Shown piece by piece: positions 9,248-18,439 of a DNA stretch of 64,000 bases. Position numbers and translations under genes: made by a program. This stretch comes from Limosilactobacillus sp. (lineage in GTDB: Bacteria > Bacillota > Bacilli > Lactobacillales > Lactobacillaceae). Below the pieces are notes generated by a model. It had not been told where the DNA came from and did no database searches. It saw nothing but the letters and a program-made list of their open reading frames with translations. Numbering within the stretch: the first letter of the stretch is position 1; each line of letters opens with the position of its first letter. The stretch is taken from positions 19,693 through 83,692 of the forward strand of contig NZ_JALCQI010000003.1 of the NCBI RefSeq assembly GCF_022651205.1, read 5' to 3'.

Positions 9248-10743
9248 TTGTTAGCCCCCTTTTCCTGAATACTGTCTGAGTCAAGTTTTACATGTATTCC
9301 GTTACCCTTTGTGACAAAGAAAGTTAAGCAAAGGCCAATCAAGGCGAAGATAATTGCAAACCAGAATGCCGCATGGTACCCCATTAAAGTAGCGTCAAAC
9401 ATTTGTGACTTATATTGGAGTGGGGCAGCATTAAGTAATGAGTGGCCGGGCTTATTATTATTTGTAACGTTTGTTAGAACCGAAATCATGATTGCTGTTC
9501 CGACAGAGGTTGCTACTTGACGAAGAGTGTTGTTAACCGCTGTTCCGTGTGAAATTAAGTGGTATGGAAGAGAGTTCATTCCGGCGGTAGTTACTGGCAT
9601 CATTACCATTGAGATTCCAAACATCCGAACGGCATACAGGAAGACAATGTAGATAATTGGAGTGTCGCGGGTAATAAAAGCAAACGGAATGGTACCAACG
9701 GAAAGAATAAACATCCCTGTAATGGCAAGCCGTCTAGCACCATGACGGTCGAAGAGGTTCCCGGTAATCGGACTCATGAATCCCATGAAAAGGGCACCAA
9801 ATAGTAATGTTAGTCCTGAGTGAAAGGCTGACATTCCGTGGATAATTTGGAGATATAGCGGAATAACTAATTCCACACCCACCATTGCCATCATTACAAT
9901 TGAACTAAGGACAGTTGCTAGGGTAAATTCCTTACTCTTGAAAACTCTGAATTCCAAGAAAGGCTCGTCCAACTTGTTTTGCCGGAAAATTAAGAAAGCA
10001 ACCAAAATTACACCAACGATAATTGTTGTTAGGACAACCGGATCAGTCCAGCCATCGTTACCAACGCTAGAAAAGCCGTAAAGCATGCTTCCAAATCCAG
10101 CGGTAGAAATAACAACTGACCACCAGTCAAGGTGAGGCTTTTTGTTAGGAATAACGTTTTTAACGAAAAATAGACTAGCGATGATCACCACTGCTGCAAT
10201 TGGGACAATCATTCCAAAAAGCCAGCGCCAACTAAAATTATCAATTACCCATCCGGAAAGGGTAGGACCAATAGCAGGAGCTAAGCCGATAACTAAACCG
10301 TTAATTCCCATCGCAGCCCCACGCTTTTCCGGTGGGTAGATGGTTAACATAATGTTCTGCATTAATGGCATGTTGATTCCAACACCAATTGCCTGAATCA
10401 ATCGTCCACCTAAAAGAACGGCAAATGATGGTGCTAACCAAGACATGACGGTACCGATTTCAAAGATTGACATTGCAATTACAAATAATCCTTTAGTGTT
10501 AAAGCGGCTACTTAAATAAGCACTAATTGGGATCATGATCCCGTTAACCATTAAGAAACCGGTGGTTAACCACTGGACCGTTGATGTACTAATATTAAAG
10601 GCATCCATCAAAGCCGGAAAGGCAGTTGAGAGGATGGTTTGGTTTAAAATAGTACAAAAGGCACCAATTAATAGGATGAGAACCATCAGGCTTCTGTTAT
10701 ATGGATGATTATTAATATCTACTGAAATAGATTGTTGATCCAC
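9244..10743 (-). CDS. DHA2 (EmrB/QacA, LmrB-like) MFS efflux transporter
   Basis: 14 TM; LNQTILSTAFP, WLTTGFLM, GRLIQAIG, APAIGPTLSGW, WRWLF; GTG start. Confidence 0.92.
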   Translation of the reverse strand: MDQQSISVDINNHPYNRSLMVLILLIGAFCTILNQTILSTAFPALMDAFNISTSTVQWLTTGFLMVNGIMIPISAYLSSRFNTKGLFVIAMSIFEIGTVMSWLAPSFAVLLGGRLIQAIGVGINMPLMQNIMLTIYPPEKRGAAMGINGLVIGLAPAIGPTLSGWVIDNFSWRWLFGMIVPIAAVVIIASLFFVKNVIPNKKPHLDWWSVVISTAGFGSMLYGFSSVGNDGWTDPVVLTTIIVGVILVAFLIFRQNKLDEPFLEFRVFKSKEFTLATVLSSIVMMAMVGVELVIPLYLQIIHGMSAFHSGLTLLFGALFMGFMSPITGNLFDRHGARRLAITGMFILSVGTIPFAFITRDTPIIYIVFLYAVRMFGISMVMMPVTTAGMNSLPYHLISHGTAVNNTLRQVATSVGTAIMISVLTNVTNNNKPGHSLLNAAPLQYKSQMFDATLMGYHAAFWFAIIFALIGLCLTFFVTKGNGIHVKLDSDSIQEKGANK

Positions 10744-10779
10744 ACAAAAAACCTCTTTTCTTTTTAGTCAATGCCAACT

Positions 10780-10842
10780 AATATAAGACTATCTGATATC
10801 TTTGTCAAATAATTTGACAATTACAACTAATTTTAAGATAAT
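10780..10842. promoter_or_regulatory. Back-to-back divergent promoters sharing a palindromic operator
   Basis: TTGTCAAA-TAA-TTTGACAA (10802-10820) carries a TTGACA on each strand; minus TTGACA-17-TATATT, plus TTGACA-17-GATAAT. Confidence 0.72.
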
Positions 10843-10870
10843 CCTTGGTAGATAAAATGGTCTGAGGGAG

Positions 10871-11314
10871 TTGATGGATATTTTATTAGCAGAACGTTTT
10901 CGTAAAATGATGAAGCAGAGTAGCCTAAAAGTTACAATGACCCAGTTGGCTGAAACAACAGGAGTCTCACCAAGTCAGATTCGTTATTGGGAAAAGAAGG
11001 GTTACATTAGTTCTGAACAGGGAGAGAAGAACCAAAACCACCTGTACCCAATTAGTATGCTTTACCGAGTTTGCACGATTAAGTTTTTCCTTGATCAGGG
11101 ATATACACTTGCTGTAGCGGTAAAGAAAGAACAAGAACACCGGGAATTAGTTAAATTATTCCGTGAATTTATTTTTAGCCAGAAGTTAAATGTTAAACAA
11201 ACCGGTACCGATAAGGGAGAAATCGAATTAGGAAAAATTGCCGAAAAACCAAATACGGCGGTTTATGCGACGATCGAAGGTGGAAAAACGGAATTGCACC
11301 TTCGTCAGGAGTAA
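10871..11314 (+). CDS. MerR-family (GlnR-like HTH) transcriptional regulator
   Basis: MTQLAETTGVSPSQIRYWEKKGYI winged HTH; divergent from the MFS gene. Confidence 0.88.
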   Translation: MMDILLAERFRKMMKQSSLKVTMTQLAETTGVSPSQIRYWEKKGYISSEQGEKNQNHLYPISMLYRVCTIKFFLDQGYTLAVAVKKEQEHRELVKLFREFIFSQKLNVKQTGTDKGEIELGKIAEKPNTAVYATIEGGKTELHLRQE

Positions 11315-11400
11315 TGATTAACGAACACTAGAGGTTTGTGGTATGGTGTAAATAAGCGATTGTATATTCTATGACAAATTAAAATAGGGGAGCGATCAGA

Positions 11401-11751
11401 TTGTCAGAATTAGGATTACGCTATGATGAATTAGATAATCAAGCCGCTAAGGAAGCTGCTTTGAAGACATTTATTACTTTTTACATTCATCAGTATCGAC
11501 TACAAAGTCTCGAAGTCATGGGAGCAAAAGCCTCAAATGAAGTCATGGGGACGATTAACCATGTTTTGAAAGAAAATGCTTACCGTGGGGACAAAAAGTT
11601 AGTTGAACTTAGTGAACGACTTTGTAAGGGTGCTTACGAGGAAATCCTGAGTGAATTAACCGATCTAAAGTTTAATAATGAAGGACAACCAATTGTTCCA
11701 CTAGAAAAACTTTGGCAAAATGAAGAAGAAAGCTTACCAACAGAAGATTAA
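11401..11751 (+). CDS. Hypothetical protein (116 aa, acidic)
   Basis: AGGGGAG SD, TTG start, followed by a terminator; no recognised motif. Confidence 0.72.
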   Translation: MSELGLRYDELDNQAAKEAALKTFITFYIHQYRLQSLEVMGAKASNEVMGTINHVLKENAYRGDKKLVELSERLCKGAYEEILSELTDLKFNNEGQPIVPLEKLWQNEEESLPTED

Positions 11752-11803
11752 TATGTCTAAAGTAAACCTTCGCATATTATAGTAAGAATATTTAAGGGAT
11801 CGG

Positions 11804-11829
11804 ATTAATGTTCGGTCTCTTTTATTTTT
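11804..11829 (+). terminator. Intrinsic terminator
   Basis: agggatcgga-ttaatg-ttcggtctct-tttatttt. Confidence 0.65.
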
Positions 11830-12028
11830 AAATTCTTGACTAATAGCGTAAAAGAATAATATATGGTAAAATATTATTAGTTTTTAGTACGGATATAAAA
11901 AATTAAAACTGAATTGCCACGAGATAAAACCGTTCTCAAACCGGGGAAGCGGGTCTTTTGGTCTACAATTTTCCGTTAATAATTATTTAAATAAAATTCA
12001 AAAAATAGAAAGGTACAAGAAAGGTATT

Positions 12029-13897
12029 ATGTCAAAGCTAGATATTAAGAACAATGAAGTCGCCTTTTATGCCATGGGAGGCTTGGGCGAAATTGGTAAA
12101 AATATGTACTGTGTTCAATTCCAAGACGAAATCATTATTATTGATTGTGGTGTCCTCTTTCCTGAAGATGAACTTCTTGGTGTTGACTACGTAATCCAAA
12201 ATTATGATTACCTAATCGAAAATAAGGATAAAATTAAAGGGATCTTTATCACCCACGGTCACGAAGATCACATTGGTGGTTTGCCATTCTTCTTGCAAAA
12301 AGTAAATGCACCAATTTATGCTGGACCATTTGCAATGTCCTTAATCAAGGGAAAACTTGAAGAAAAGCACCTTTTACGGAATGCGGAACTTCACGAAATT
12401 AATGAATTTGACGAGGTTCATTTTAAGAAGCTTTGGGTTAGTTTCTTCCGGACAACCCACTCAATTCCTGATACTTTAGGGGTCGCTGTCCATACTCCTC
12501 AAGGAACAATTATTCAAACTGGTGACTTTAAGTTCGACTTGACGCCAGTCGGTCATTTGCCAGGGCCAAATCTCCAGCAAATGGCTAAGCTTGGTGATGA
12601 TGGGGTTCTCCTGTTAACTTCGGATAGTACAAACGCTGAACGACCACAATTTACTAAATCAGAGCGCTGGGTTGATATTCACATTCGGCGGATTTTTGAA
12701 CGAATTAAGGGGCGGATCATTTTTGCATCATTTGCTTCAAACGTTTATCGGTTACGGGAAGCTTCTGACGCTGCGATTGCTCAAGGACGGAAGATCGCTG
12801 TCTTTGGTCGAAGCATGGAAAATGCAATTAGTGCCGGTCAAGAATTAGGCTATCTGAATATTCCTAAGGATTCACTAATTGACCAAAACGAAATTAATAA
12901 TTATCCACCCGAGAAGGTTTTGATCATGTGTACGGGTTCTCAGGGTGAACCAATGGCAGCATTGAGCCGGATCGCAAACGGTACTCACCGCCAAATTACG
13001 ATTCAACCCGGTGATACGGTTGTCTTCTCAAGTAATCCAATTCCGGGGAACACAACTAGTGTTAACGCCTTAATCAATAAACTTGAAGAAGACGGCGCCA
13101 ACGTTATTCATGGTTATGTTAACAACATCCACACCTCTGGGCACGGTGGCCAGATCGATGAAGAATTTATGCTTCGCTTAATGAAGCCAAAGTTCTTTGC
13201 TCCAGTTCACGGTGAATACCGGATGCAAAAGATTCATACCAAGTTAGCTGAAATGACCGGTGTGCCAAGAAAGAACAGTTTCATTTTAGCTAATGGTGAT
13301 GTTTTAGCCTTGACTAAGGATTCTGCGCGGATCGCCGATCATATTGATAGTGCTGCCGATGTTTACATTGACGGTCGTGATGCAGGCGATACAGTTGGTA
13401 ATCCTGAAATTCATGAACGACGCCTTCTTTCAGAAGAAGGGGTTGTCACTGCGGTTGCGGTTGTTGATCTAAAAGATTACCAAATTGTTGCCGGACCTGA
13501 TATTGTTTCACGTGGCTTTGTTTACATGCACGAGTCCCAAGAACTAATTAAGGCTGCTAACCACGAAGTCTTCTGGGCAATCTTAAATACCTTTAAGAAT
13601 CATAAGCACGTGGATCGGCGGGCACTTAACCGGACTATTATTAGTCGTTTGCAAAAGTTGCTTTACGCACGGACTGGTCGTCGTCCTGTGATTATCCCAA
13701 TGGTGACAATCTTGAATGGTGATCAACACTATGAGAATCATCACTATCGTCAACCAACCAATAAGAAGAGGACTGTTCACGAGAAGAACGGGAATAACAA
13801 CCATAAAGGCGGTCATAACCGTCAGCGAAAGCACGGTGCTCAAAGTAAAAAGCAGACCGTAAAAAAAGAACCAGTTGCCGCTGGAAAAAATGAATAA
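12029..13897 (+). CDS. rnj: Ribonuclease J (J1-type active site) with a basic C-terminal tail
   Basis: GGLGEIGKNMY, THGHEDHIG, HSIPD, TGDFKFD, DSTNAE, TGSQGEP, HTSGH, PVHGEYRM. Confidence 0.94.
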   Translation: MSKLDIKNNEVAFYAMGGLGEIGKNMYCVQFQDEIIIIDCGVLFPEDELLGVDYVIQNYDYLIENKDKIKGIFITHGHEDHIGGLPFFLQKVNAPIYAGPFAMSLIKGKLEEKHLLRNAELHEINEFDEVHFKKLWVSFFRTTHSIPDTLGVAVHTPQGTIIQTGDFKFDLTPVGHLPGPNLQQMAKLGDDGVLLLTSDSTNAERPQFTKSERWVDIHIRRIFERIKGRIIFASFASNVYRLREASDAAIAQGRKIAVFGRSMENAISAGQELGYLNIPKDSLIDQNEINNYPPEKVLIMCTGSQGEPMAALSRIANGTHRQITIQPGDTVVFSSNPIPGNTTSVNALINKLEEDGANVIHGYVNNIHTSGHGGQIDEEFMLRLMKPKFFAPVHGEYRMQKIHTKLAEMTGVPRKNSFILANGDVLALTKDSARIADHIDSAADVYIDGRDAGDTVGNPEIHERRLLSEEGVVTAVAVVDLKDYQIVAGPDIVSRGFVYMHESQELIKAANHEVFWAILNTFKNHKHVDRRALNRTIISRLQKLLYARTGRRPVIIPMVTILNGDQHYENHHYRQPTNKKRTVHEKNGNNNHKGGHNRQRKHGAQSKKQTVKKEPVAAGKNE

Positions 13898-13902
13898 TTA
13901 AG

Positions 13903-13943
13903 AAAGACGAAAAAGTCCATCACGGGCGATTTCGTCTTTTTTT
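13903..13943 (+). terminator. Intrinsic terminator after rnj
   Basis: aaagacgaaa...tttcgtctttttt. Confidence 0.72.
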
Positions 13944-14020
13944 AATTAAATGCTTAAACTAGGTTATTTAATTTGGTATGATCAAAAGGTATAAGCAATT
14001 ATTTATTTGGAGGAATCTCG

Positions 14021-15208
14021 ATGACTGGAAGAGATTATTTAAAAATCTGGTATCGAGTTCAAATTGGTGCGACTTTAATTATTTTAATGATGATGATGAT
14101 TCGTAACTTTGAACTTGGCCGTAATATTTGGCTACAATTGTTATGGATGGTAATCGTTTTAGGAATAGGCCTCAGTGAAGAACTATGGGAGGATGTTCCG
14201 CCGATTATCAGTAAGATTAATTGCTGGCTTCAGGGATTGGCCCAGCCGGTGATTTTGACCTTTGCTTGGGGAGTTATTACCCGGGAAATTATCACGGTAC
14301 TTCACATGCCATCGCGTGGTGTGATATCCATCATGATCTTGTATTACTTTGTGATGTATGCGCCCTTTGCTAGTGTTATTGGTGGGCAAATGGACCTGAG
14401 TATTGAACGATTTATTTTTATTCTCTGGATGTTCCAGATTGTGATCGTTCCCTTTACTTCGTTGCCGTTTGACTTGATCGAAAATCAAAAATTAACGTTC
14501 CTATTGTCAACTGGTGCGGTAGGGGCTGTTGCTTACTTTGTCTTTGCTACAACTGTTATGCGTGCTTGGCACTTATCGTGGCCTGGTCTAAAGCCGAATT
14601 GGAGTAGTGACTTCAATTGGTGGATTTTCTTATTGATAATTGCACTTTTTGTTATCCCGCTAAGTGGAAACATGATGTCAATTGATCGGTTACCTAAGGG
14701 AGGATTCTTCAAGTTAACGTGCCAGGCATTTGAGGCCGGAGTTGCTGAGGAAAGCCTCTTTCGGTTTGCGATCCTTGGTGTTCTGTTCTATGCATGGCGA
14801 AGCATTAAACAACGGCTACCGTTAGTAATTATTACCAGCTCTGCATTGTTTGCGGCTGCACACTTAATCAATTTGCGTTGGCAGAGATTAGATTTGACTC
14901 TTTATCAACTTGGGATTGCTTTTCTTCTCGGCCTATTCTTGGCAGTTGTGTATGTTTACACTGGTCAGTTATGGTTAACGATGTTCATGCATTTTAGTCT
15001 TGATTGGTTTAGCTTCTTGGCAACCGGGACAGCCATGTTAACTGGTAAGTTAGTTCCTGGTGACTGGTGGGCATTATTAGTTATGCTTGTTCTTTTTGGT
15101 GGCTTTACTGTTTGGATGATGTTTGGTACTCGCAGACGGGTAATGGAACGCCATGTTAAGCGATTGACTGGAGAACACCAGCGCTTTGGTTATTCGATTA
15201 GGTATTAA
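14021..15208 (+). CDS. CPBP/CAAX (Abi-family) intramembrane metalloprotease
   Basis: AEESLFR, FAAAH, MHFSLD motifs; multi-TM. Confidence 0.88.
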   Translation: MTGRDYLKIWYRVQIGATLIILMMMMIRNFELGRNIWLQLLWMVIVLGIGLSEELWEDVPPIISKINCWLQGLAQPVILTFAWGVITREIITVLHMPSRGVISIMILYYFVMYAPFASVIGGQMDLSIERFIFILWMFQIVIVPFTSLPFDLIENQKLTFLLSTGAVGAVAYFVFATTVMRAWHLSWPGLKPNWSSDFNWWIFLLIIALFVIPLSGNMMSIDRLPKGGFFKLTCQAFEAGVAEESLFRFAILGVLFYAWRSIKQRLPLVIITSSALFAAAHLINLRWQRLDLTLYQLGIAFLLGLFLAVVYVYTGQLWLTMFMHFSLDWFSFLATGTAMLTGKLVPGDWWALLVMLVLFGGFTVWMMFGTRRRVMERHVKRLTGEHQRFGYSIRY

Positions 15209-15218
15209 TTTTTAAAAT

Positions 15219-15267
15219 AAAAACAGAACCGAGTATTCGAAATTTCGAATACTCGATTCTATTTTTT
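15219..15267. terminator. Bidirectional terminator
   Basis: agaaccgagtattcgaa/ttcgaatactcgattct between convergent genes. Confidence 0.78.
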
Positions 15268-15289
15268 CTAAACTAAATTGGTATTTTCA

Positions 15290-15943
15290 CTAAGCCAGGT
15301 GCCGATCTAAGTATCTGGCAAGAAGGGAAAGTGAATAACAAACAATAAAGTAAAGCACCGCTAAAGCGACAAACATTGGAATAATATAGTTGGTATTTTG
15401 ACCATAAATGATTTGAGCATGGTACATCAATTCAGGAAGAACAATGATAGTGGCTAGTGAAGTATCCTTAACAAGAGAAATAAACTGACTAACGAGCGCT
15501 GGCAGCATATTCTTAATGGCCTGAGGAAGAACGATTAGTCGCAATGCCTGCCATTTTGTTAGACCATTTGCAAGTGCTCCTTCTGTCTGTCCATAGTCAA
15601 TTGAATTGATCCCAGAACGAACAATTTCGGCAACCATTGATGATTCAAAGACCGTTAATGCCATGATAGCAGCGGGAATAATTTCCGGCTTGATCCCAAT
15701 ATTTGGTAACCCAAAGTAGGTAAAGAAGATAATCAGCAGTAGTGGTAGGTTTCGAATTAAATCGATAATAAAGCCGACGATTGCTGAAAGGTATTTGATT
15801 TTAGCGTAACGGATAATTCCGAGAAAGGTTCCGATTATAAAACTACAAATGATTGAAGCAACTGAAATTTCAATCGTAACCCACAAGCCTTGAAGAAGGA
15901 AGCGGATATTAATCCATGAATAAGCATTGATAAAGTTTTGCAT
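15290..15943 (-). CDS. glnP: Polar amino acid (glutamine) ABC transporter permease
   Basis: IRNLPLL, AEIVRSGINSIDYGQTEGA (EAA loop), ILPQA-type motif, LVKDTSL. Confidence 0.88.
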   Translation of the reverse strand: MQNFINAYSWINIRFLLQGLWVTIEISVASIICSFIIGTFLGIIRYAKIKYLSAIVGFIIDLIRNLPLLLIIFFTYFGLPNIGIKPEIIPAAIMALTVFESSMVAEIVRSGINSIDYGQTEGALANGLTKWQALRLIVLPQAIKNMLPALVSQFISLVKDTSLATIIVLPELMYHAQIIYGQNTNYIIPMFVALAVLYFIVCYSLSLLARYLDRHLA

Positions 15944-15956
15944 TTCCTATCCCTCC

Positions 15957-16595
15957 TTAGGCCAGTTTCTTTTCTAGGTACCGCATGTAGTAGCTAAGGG
16001 GTAGGGTAATGATTAGGTAAAGAATACCGACAATAAAGTATGTTGGCATCGTTTGAAGGGTATCATTAGCAATCAAATTTCCCTCATACATTAGGTCAAA
16101 CCCAGCTACAAAGGCAAGAACGGAAGAATTCTTTACCAAGTTAATGAATTGATTCCCTAGCGGCGGGATAACCACTCTGAATGCTTGGGGCAAAATAATG
16201 TAACGCATTGCCTGAGCATGTGTTAAACCATTAGCAAGCGCCCCTTCAAGTTGACCACCTTCAACAGAGTTAATCCCCGCACGAACGGTTTCGGCGATAA
16301 ATGCTGAAGTATAGAGAGTTAGTCCAATAGTCCCTGCAGCAAAACCACTGATTTTAGCGATATACATTGGAACAATAAGGAAAAATCCCATTGCAATTAC
16401 TAGTAGAGGAATGTTTCGAAATACTTCAACATAAATGCTACCAATCAAACGGACAATCCGGTATTTAGAAATCTCTAGCAAAGCAAAAAATGTTCCGATA
16501 ACTAAGCTACCAACAAGGGCAATTAAACTACAAAGAATTGTATTCCAAAGACCGTTGAGTAGGGGATGCCACTGGGTTGTAATAATATCTAACAT
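15957..16595 (-). CDS. glnM: Polar amino acid (glutamine) ABC transporter permease
   Basis: FRNIPLL, AETVRAGINSV..GQLEGA, ILPQAFR, LVKNSSVL. Confidence 0.88.
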   Translation of the reverse strand: MLDIITTQWHPLLNGLWNTILCSLIALVGSLVIGTFFALLEISKYRIVRLIGSIYVEVFRNIPLLVIAMGFFLIVPMYIAKISGFAAGTIGLTLYTSAFIAETVRAGINSVEGGQLEGALANGLTHAQAMRYIILPQAFRVVIPPLGNQFINLVKNSSVLAFVAGFDLMYEGNLIANDTLQTMPTYFIVGILYLIITLPLSYYMRYLEKKLA

Positions 16596-17422
16596 TATCG
16601 TTTCATCTCCTGATAGTTAAATCCTTTAACATTACCAAACCACTTTAGAAGAAGTCGGTTATAGGTACCATTCTTTTCCAGCCGTTCAAGAGCCCAGTTT
16701 AGCTTATTCCTAAAGGGTTCTTGATTTTTATTTACGGCAATCCCATATGGCTCCTTGGTAAAGTTACCACCAACAACTTCATATCCTGGGTTCTCACTTG
16801 CCATCCCGTAAAGGATCCCGTTATCAGTTGTTAATGCGTTTCCTTGCTTAGACTTTAATGCGGTCATAGCTTGTGCATAATCGGAAAGCTGAAGGACCTT
16901 TGCTTTTGGTGCATACTTGGCAACATTTTTAACTGAATTAGATCCAGACACACCGAGAATCACCTCACCGGCTTTATTTAGATCTTGAATGTTCTTAACG
17001 GGGCTCCCTTTCTTTACGAGGAGTGATTGAACAGCATCAAAGTATGACTTGGTGAAGTCAACCTGCTTTTCCCGTTCAGGGGTAATCGTCATCGTTGCCA
17101 TAATGGCATCAATGTTCCCATTCTTGAGGAGTGGCACCCGAGTACTGCTCGTAACAGGAACGAAGGTGGCTTTTCCCTTAGGACCGAGAATTTCTTTAGT
17201 CATTGCCTTAGCAAGGTCAATTTCAAACCCTTCTAGTTTTCCTGTACGAATGTTTTCTAGACCAAAGAGACGAGTATCAGCTTTAACACCCCAGGTAATG
17301 CGATTGCTTTCCTGATCAGCCTTTAAGACATCCTTCTTCGCCACGGAGCTACAACCAGAAAGGGTTCCTAGACTGACCAAGACAATTCCAAGGATCGTTA
17401 GTAAGTGCCAAATTTTTTTCAT
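16595..17422 (-). CDS. glnH: Polar amino acid ABC substrate-binding lipoprotein (Gln/Asp/Glu)
   Basis: Lipobox LSGC, WGVKADTRLFG, GFEIDLA, ATMTITPER, EPYGIA. Confidence 0.88.
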   Translation of the reverse strand: MKKIWHLLTILGIVLVSLGTLSGCSSVAKKDVLKADQESNRITWGVKADTRLFGLENIRTGKLEGFEIDLAKAMTKEILGPKGKATFVPVTSSTRVPLLKNGNIDAIMATMTITPEREKQVDFTKSYFDAVQSLLVKKGSPVKNIQDLNKAGEVILGVSGSNSVKNVAKYAPKAKVLQLSDYAQAMTALKSKQGNALTTDNGILYGMASENPGYEVVGGNFTKEPYGIAVNKNQEPFRNKLNWALERLEKNGTYNRLLLKWFGNVKGFNYQEMKR

Positions 17423-17437
17423 TGTTTTGGCCTCCTC

Positions 17438-18178
17438 CTAGTGTCCGCTAATTTTACTCATAAAGTCGCGGGCACGTTGAGTAGTTGGTTGATCACCAAA
17501 GAATTTTTCGGTGGAATCGTCTTCAATAATCCGCCCATCGGCCATGAAAATAACCCGGTCCGCAACGTCGCGAGCAAATCCCATTTCGTGGGTAACCACA
17601 AGCATAGTCATGTTTGAGTTTTCTGCGATGTCTTTCATTACATTTAGAACGTCATCGATCATTTCCGGATCAAGGGCACTGGTTGGTTCATCAAATAGAA
17701 GACACTTAGGCTTCATTGCTAGGCTACGGGCAATTGCGATCCGTTGCTTTTGCCCACCAGATAATTGAGCAGGCATATTATTAGCCTTATCAGCTAAGCC
17801 AACCTTTTCCAGAAGCTTCATTGCCAGGTCACGGTTTTCCTTCTCAGGTCGCTTTAAAACGATCCGTGGAGCGAGCATGATGTTTTCAAGAACATTTTTG
17901 TTGTTATATAAGTTGAAATGCTGAAAAACCATTCCAACATCCTTACGAATTAAATTAACGTTGGTTTTTTTATCGGCTAAATCAAACCCATTAACAATTA
18001 ATTTCCCGTCACGAATTGGATCCAAACCATTAACCGTTCGGATGAGACTACTCTTTCCAGAGCCTGAAGGACCGATCAAAACGACGGTCTCACCAGCATC
18101 AATTGTTAAATTAATGTCCTTTAATGCATGAAATTTACCATAGTATTTCTGGACATCATGAAATTCTATCATTGACAT
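17438..18178 (-). CDS. glnQ: Polar amino acid ABC ATP-binding protein
   Basis: GPSGSGKS, MVFQHFNL, LSGGQKQR, FDEPTSALDPE, VTHEMGFA. Confidence 0.94.
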   Translation of the reverse strand: MSMIEFHDVQKYYGKFHALKDINLTIDAGETVVLIGPSGSGKSSLIRTVNGLDPIRDGKLIVNGFDLADKKTNVNLIRKDVGMVFQHFNLYNNKNVLENIMLAPRIVLKRPEKENRDLAMKLLEKVGLADKANNMPAQLSGGQKQRIAIARSLAMKPKCLLFDEPTSALDPEMIDDVLNVMKDIAENSNMTMLVVTHEMGFARDVADRVIFMADGRIIEDDSTEKFFGDQPTTQRARDFMSKISGH

Positions 18179-18439
18179 GACGCTTATCTCCCTATATACA
18201 ATCTTAATTTTGGTTATTAGAACTAAAACATTTAAATTATAGAACTTGTTGGATCAACAGGCAAGAAGCCTTAGACAAGCATAAGTGATTAAAGTTATTC
18301 AGTATTTAACACTGATTTATTTTAGGGTTACCAAAATAAATATTTACAAATATTTGATAAGTAGTAACATAGTAATTGAAACTTACTGCGATTGAGATAA
18401 TCTATTGATCGTCAGGACCACAGAGAGGGGAATAGTTTA

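Noticed and set aside
18180-18360. GlnR box or T-box upstream of glnQ
   Set aside because: No TGTNA-N7-TNACA or T-box consensus found, only a small cttgttg/caacagg palindrome.
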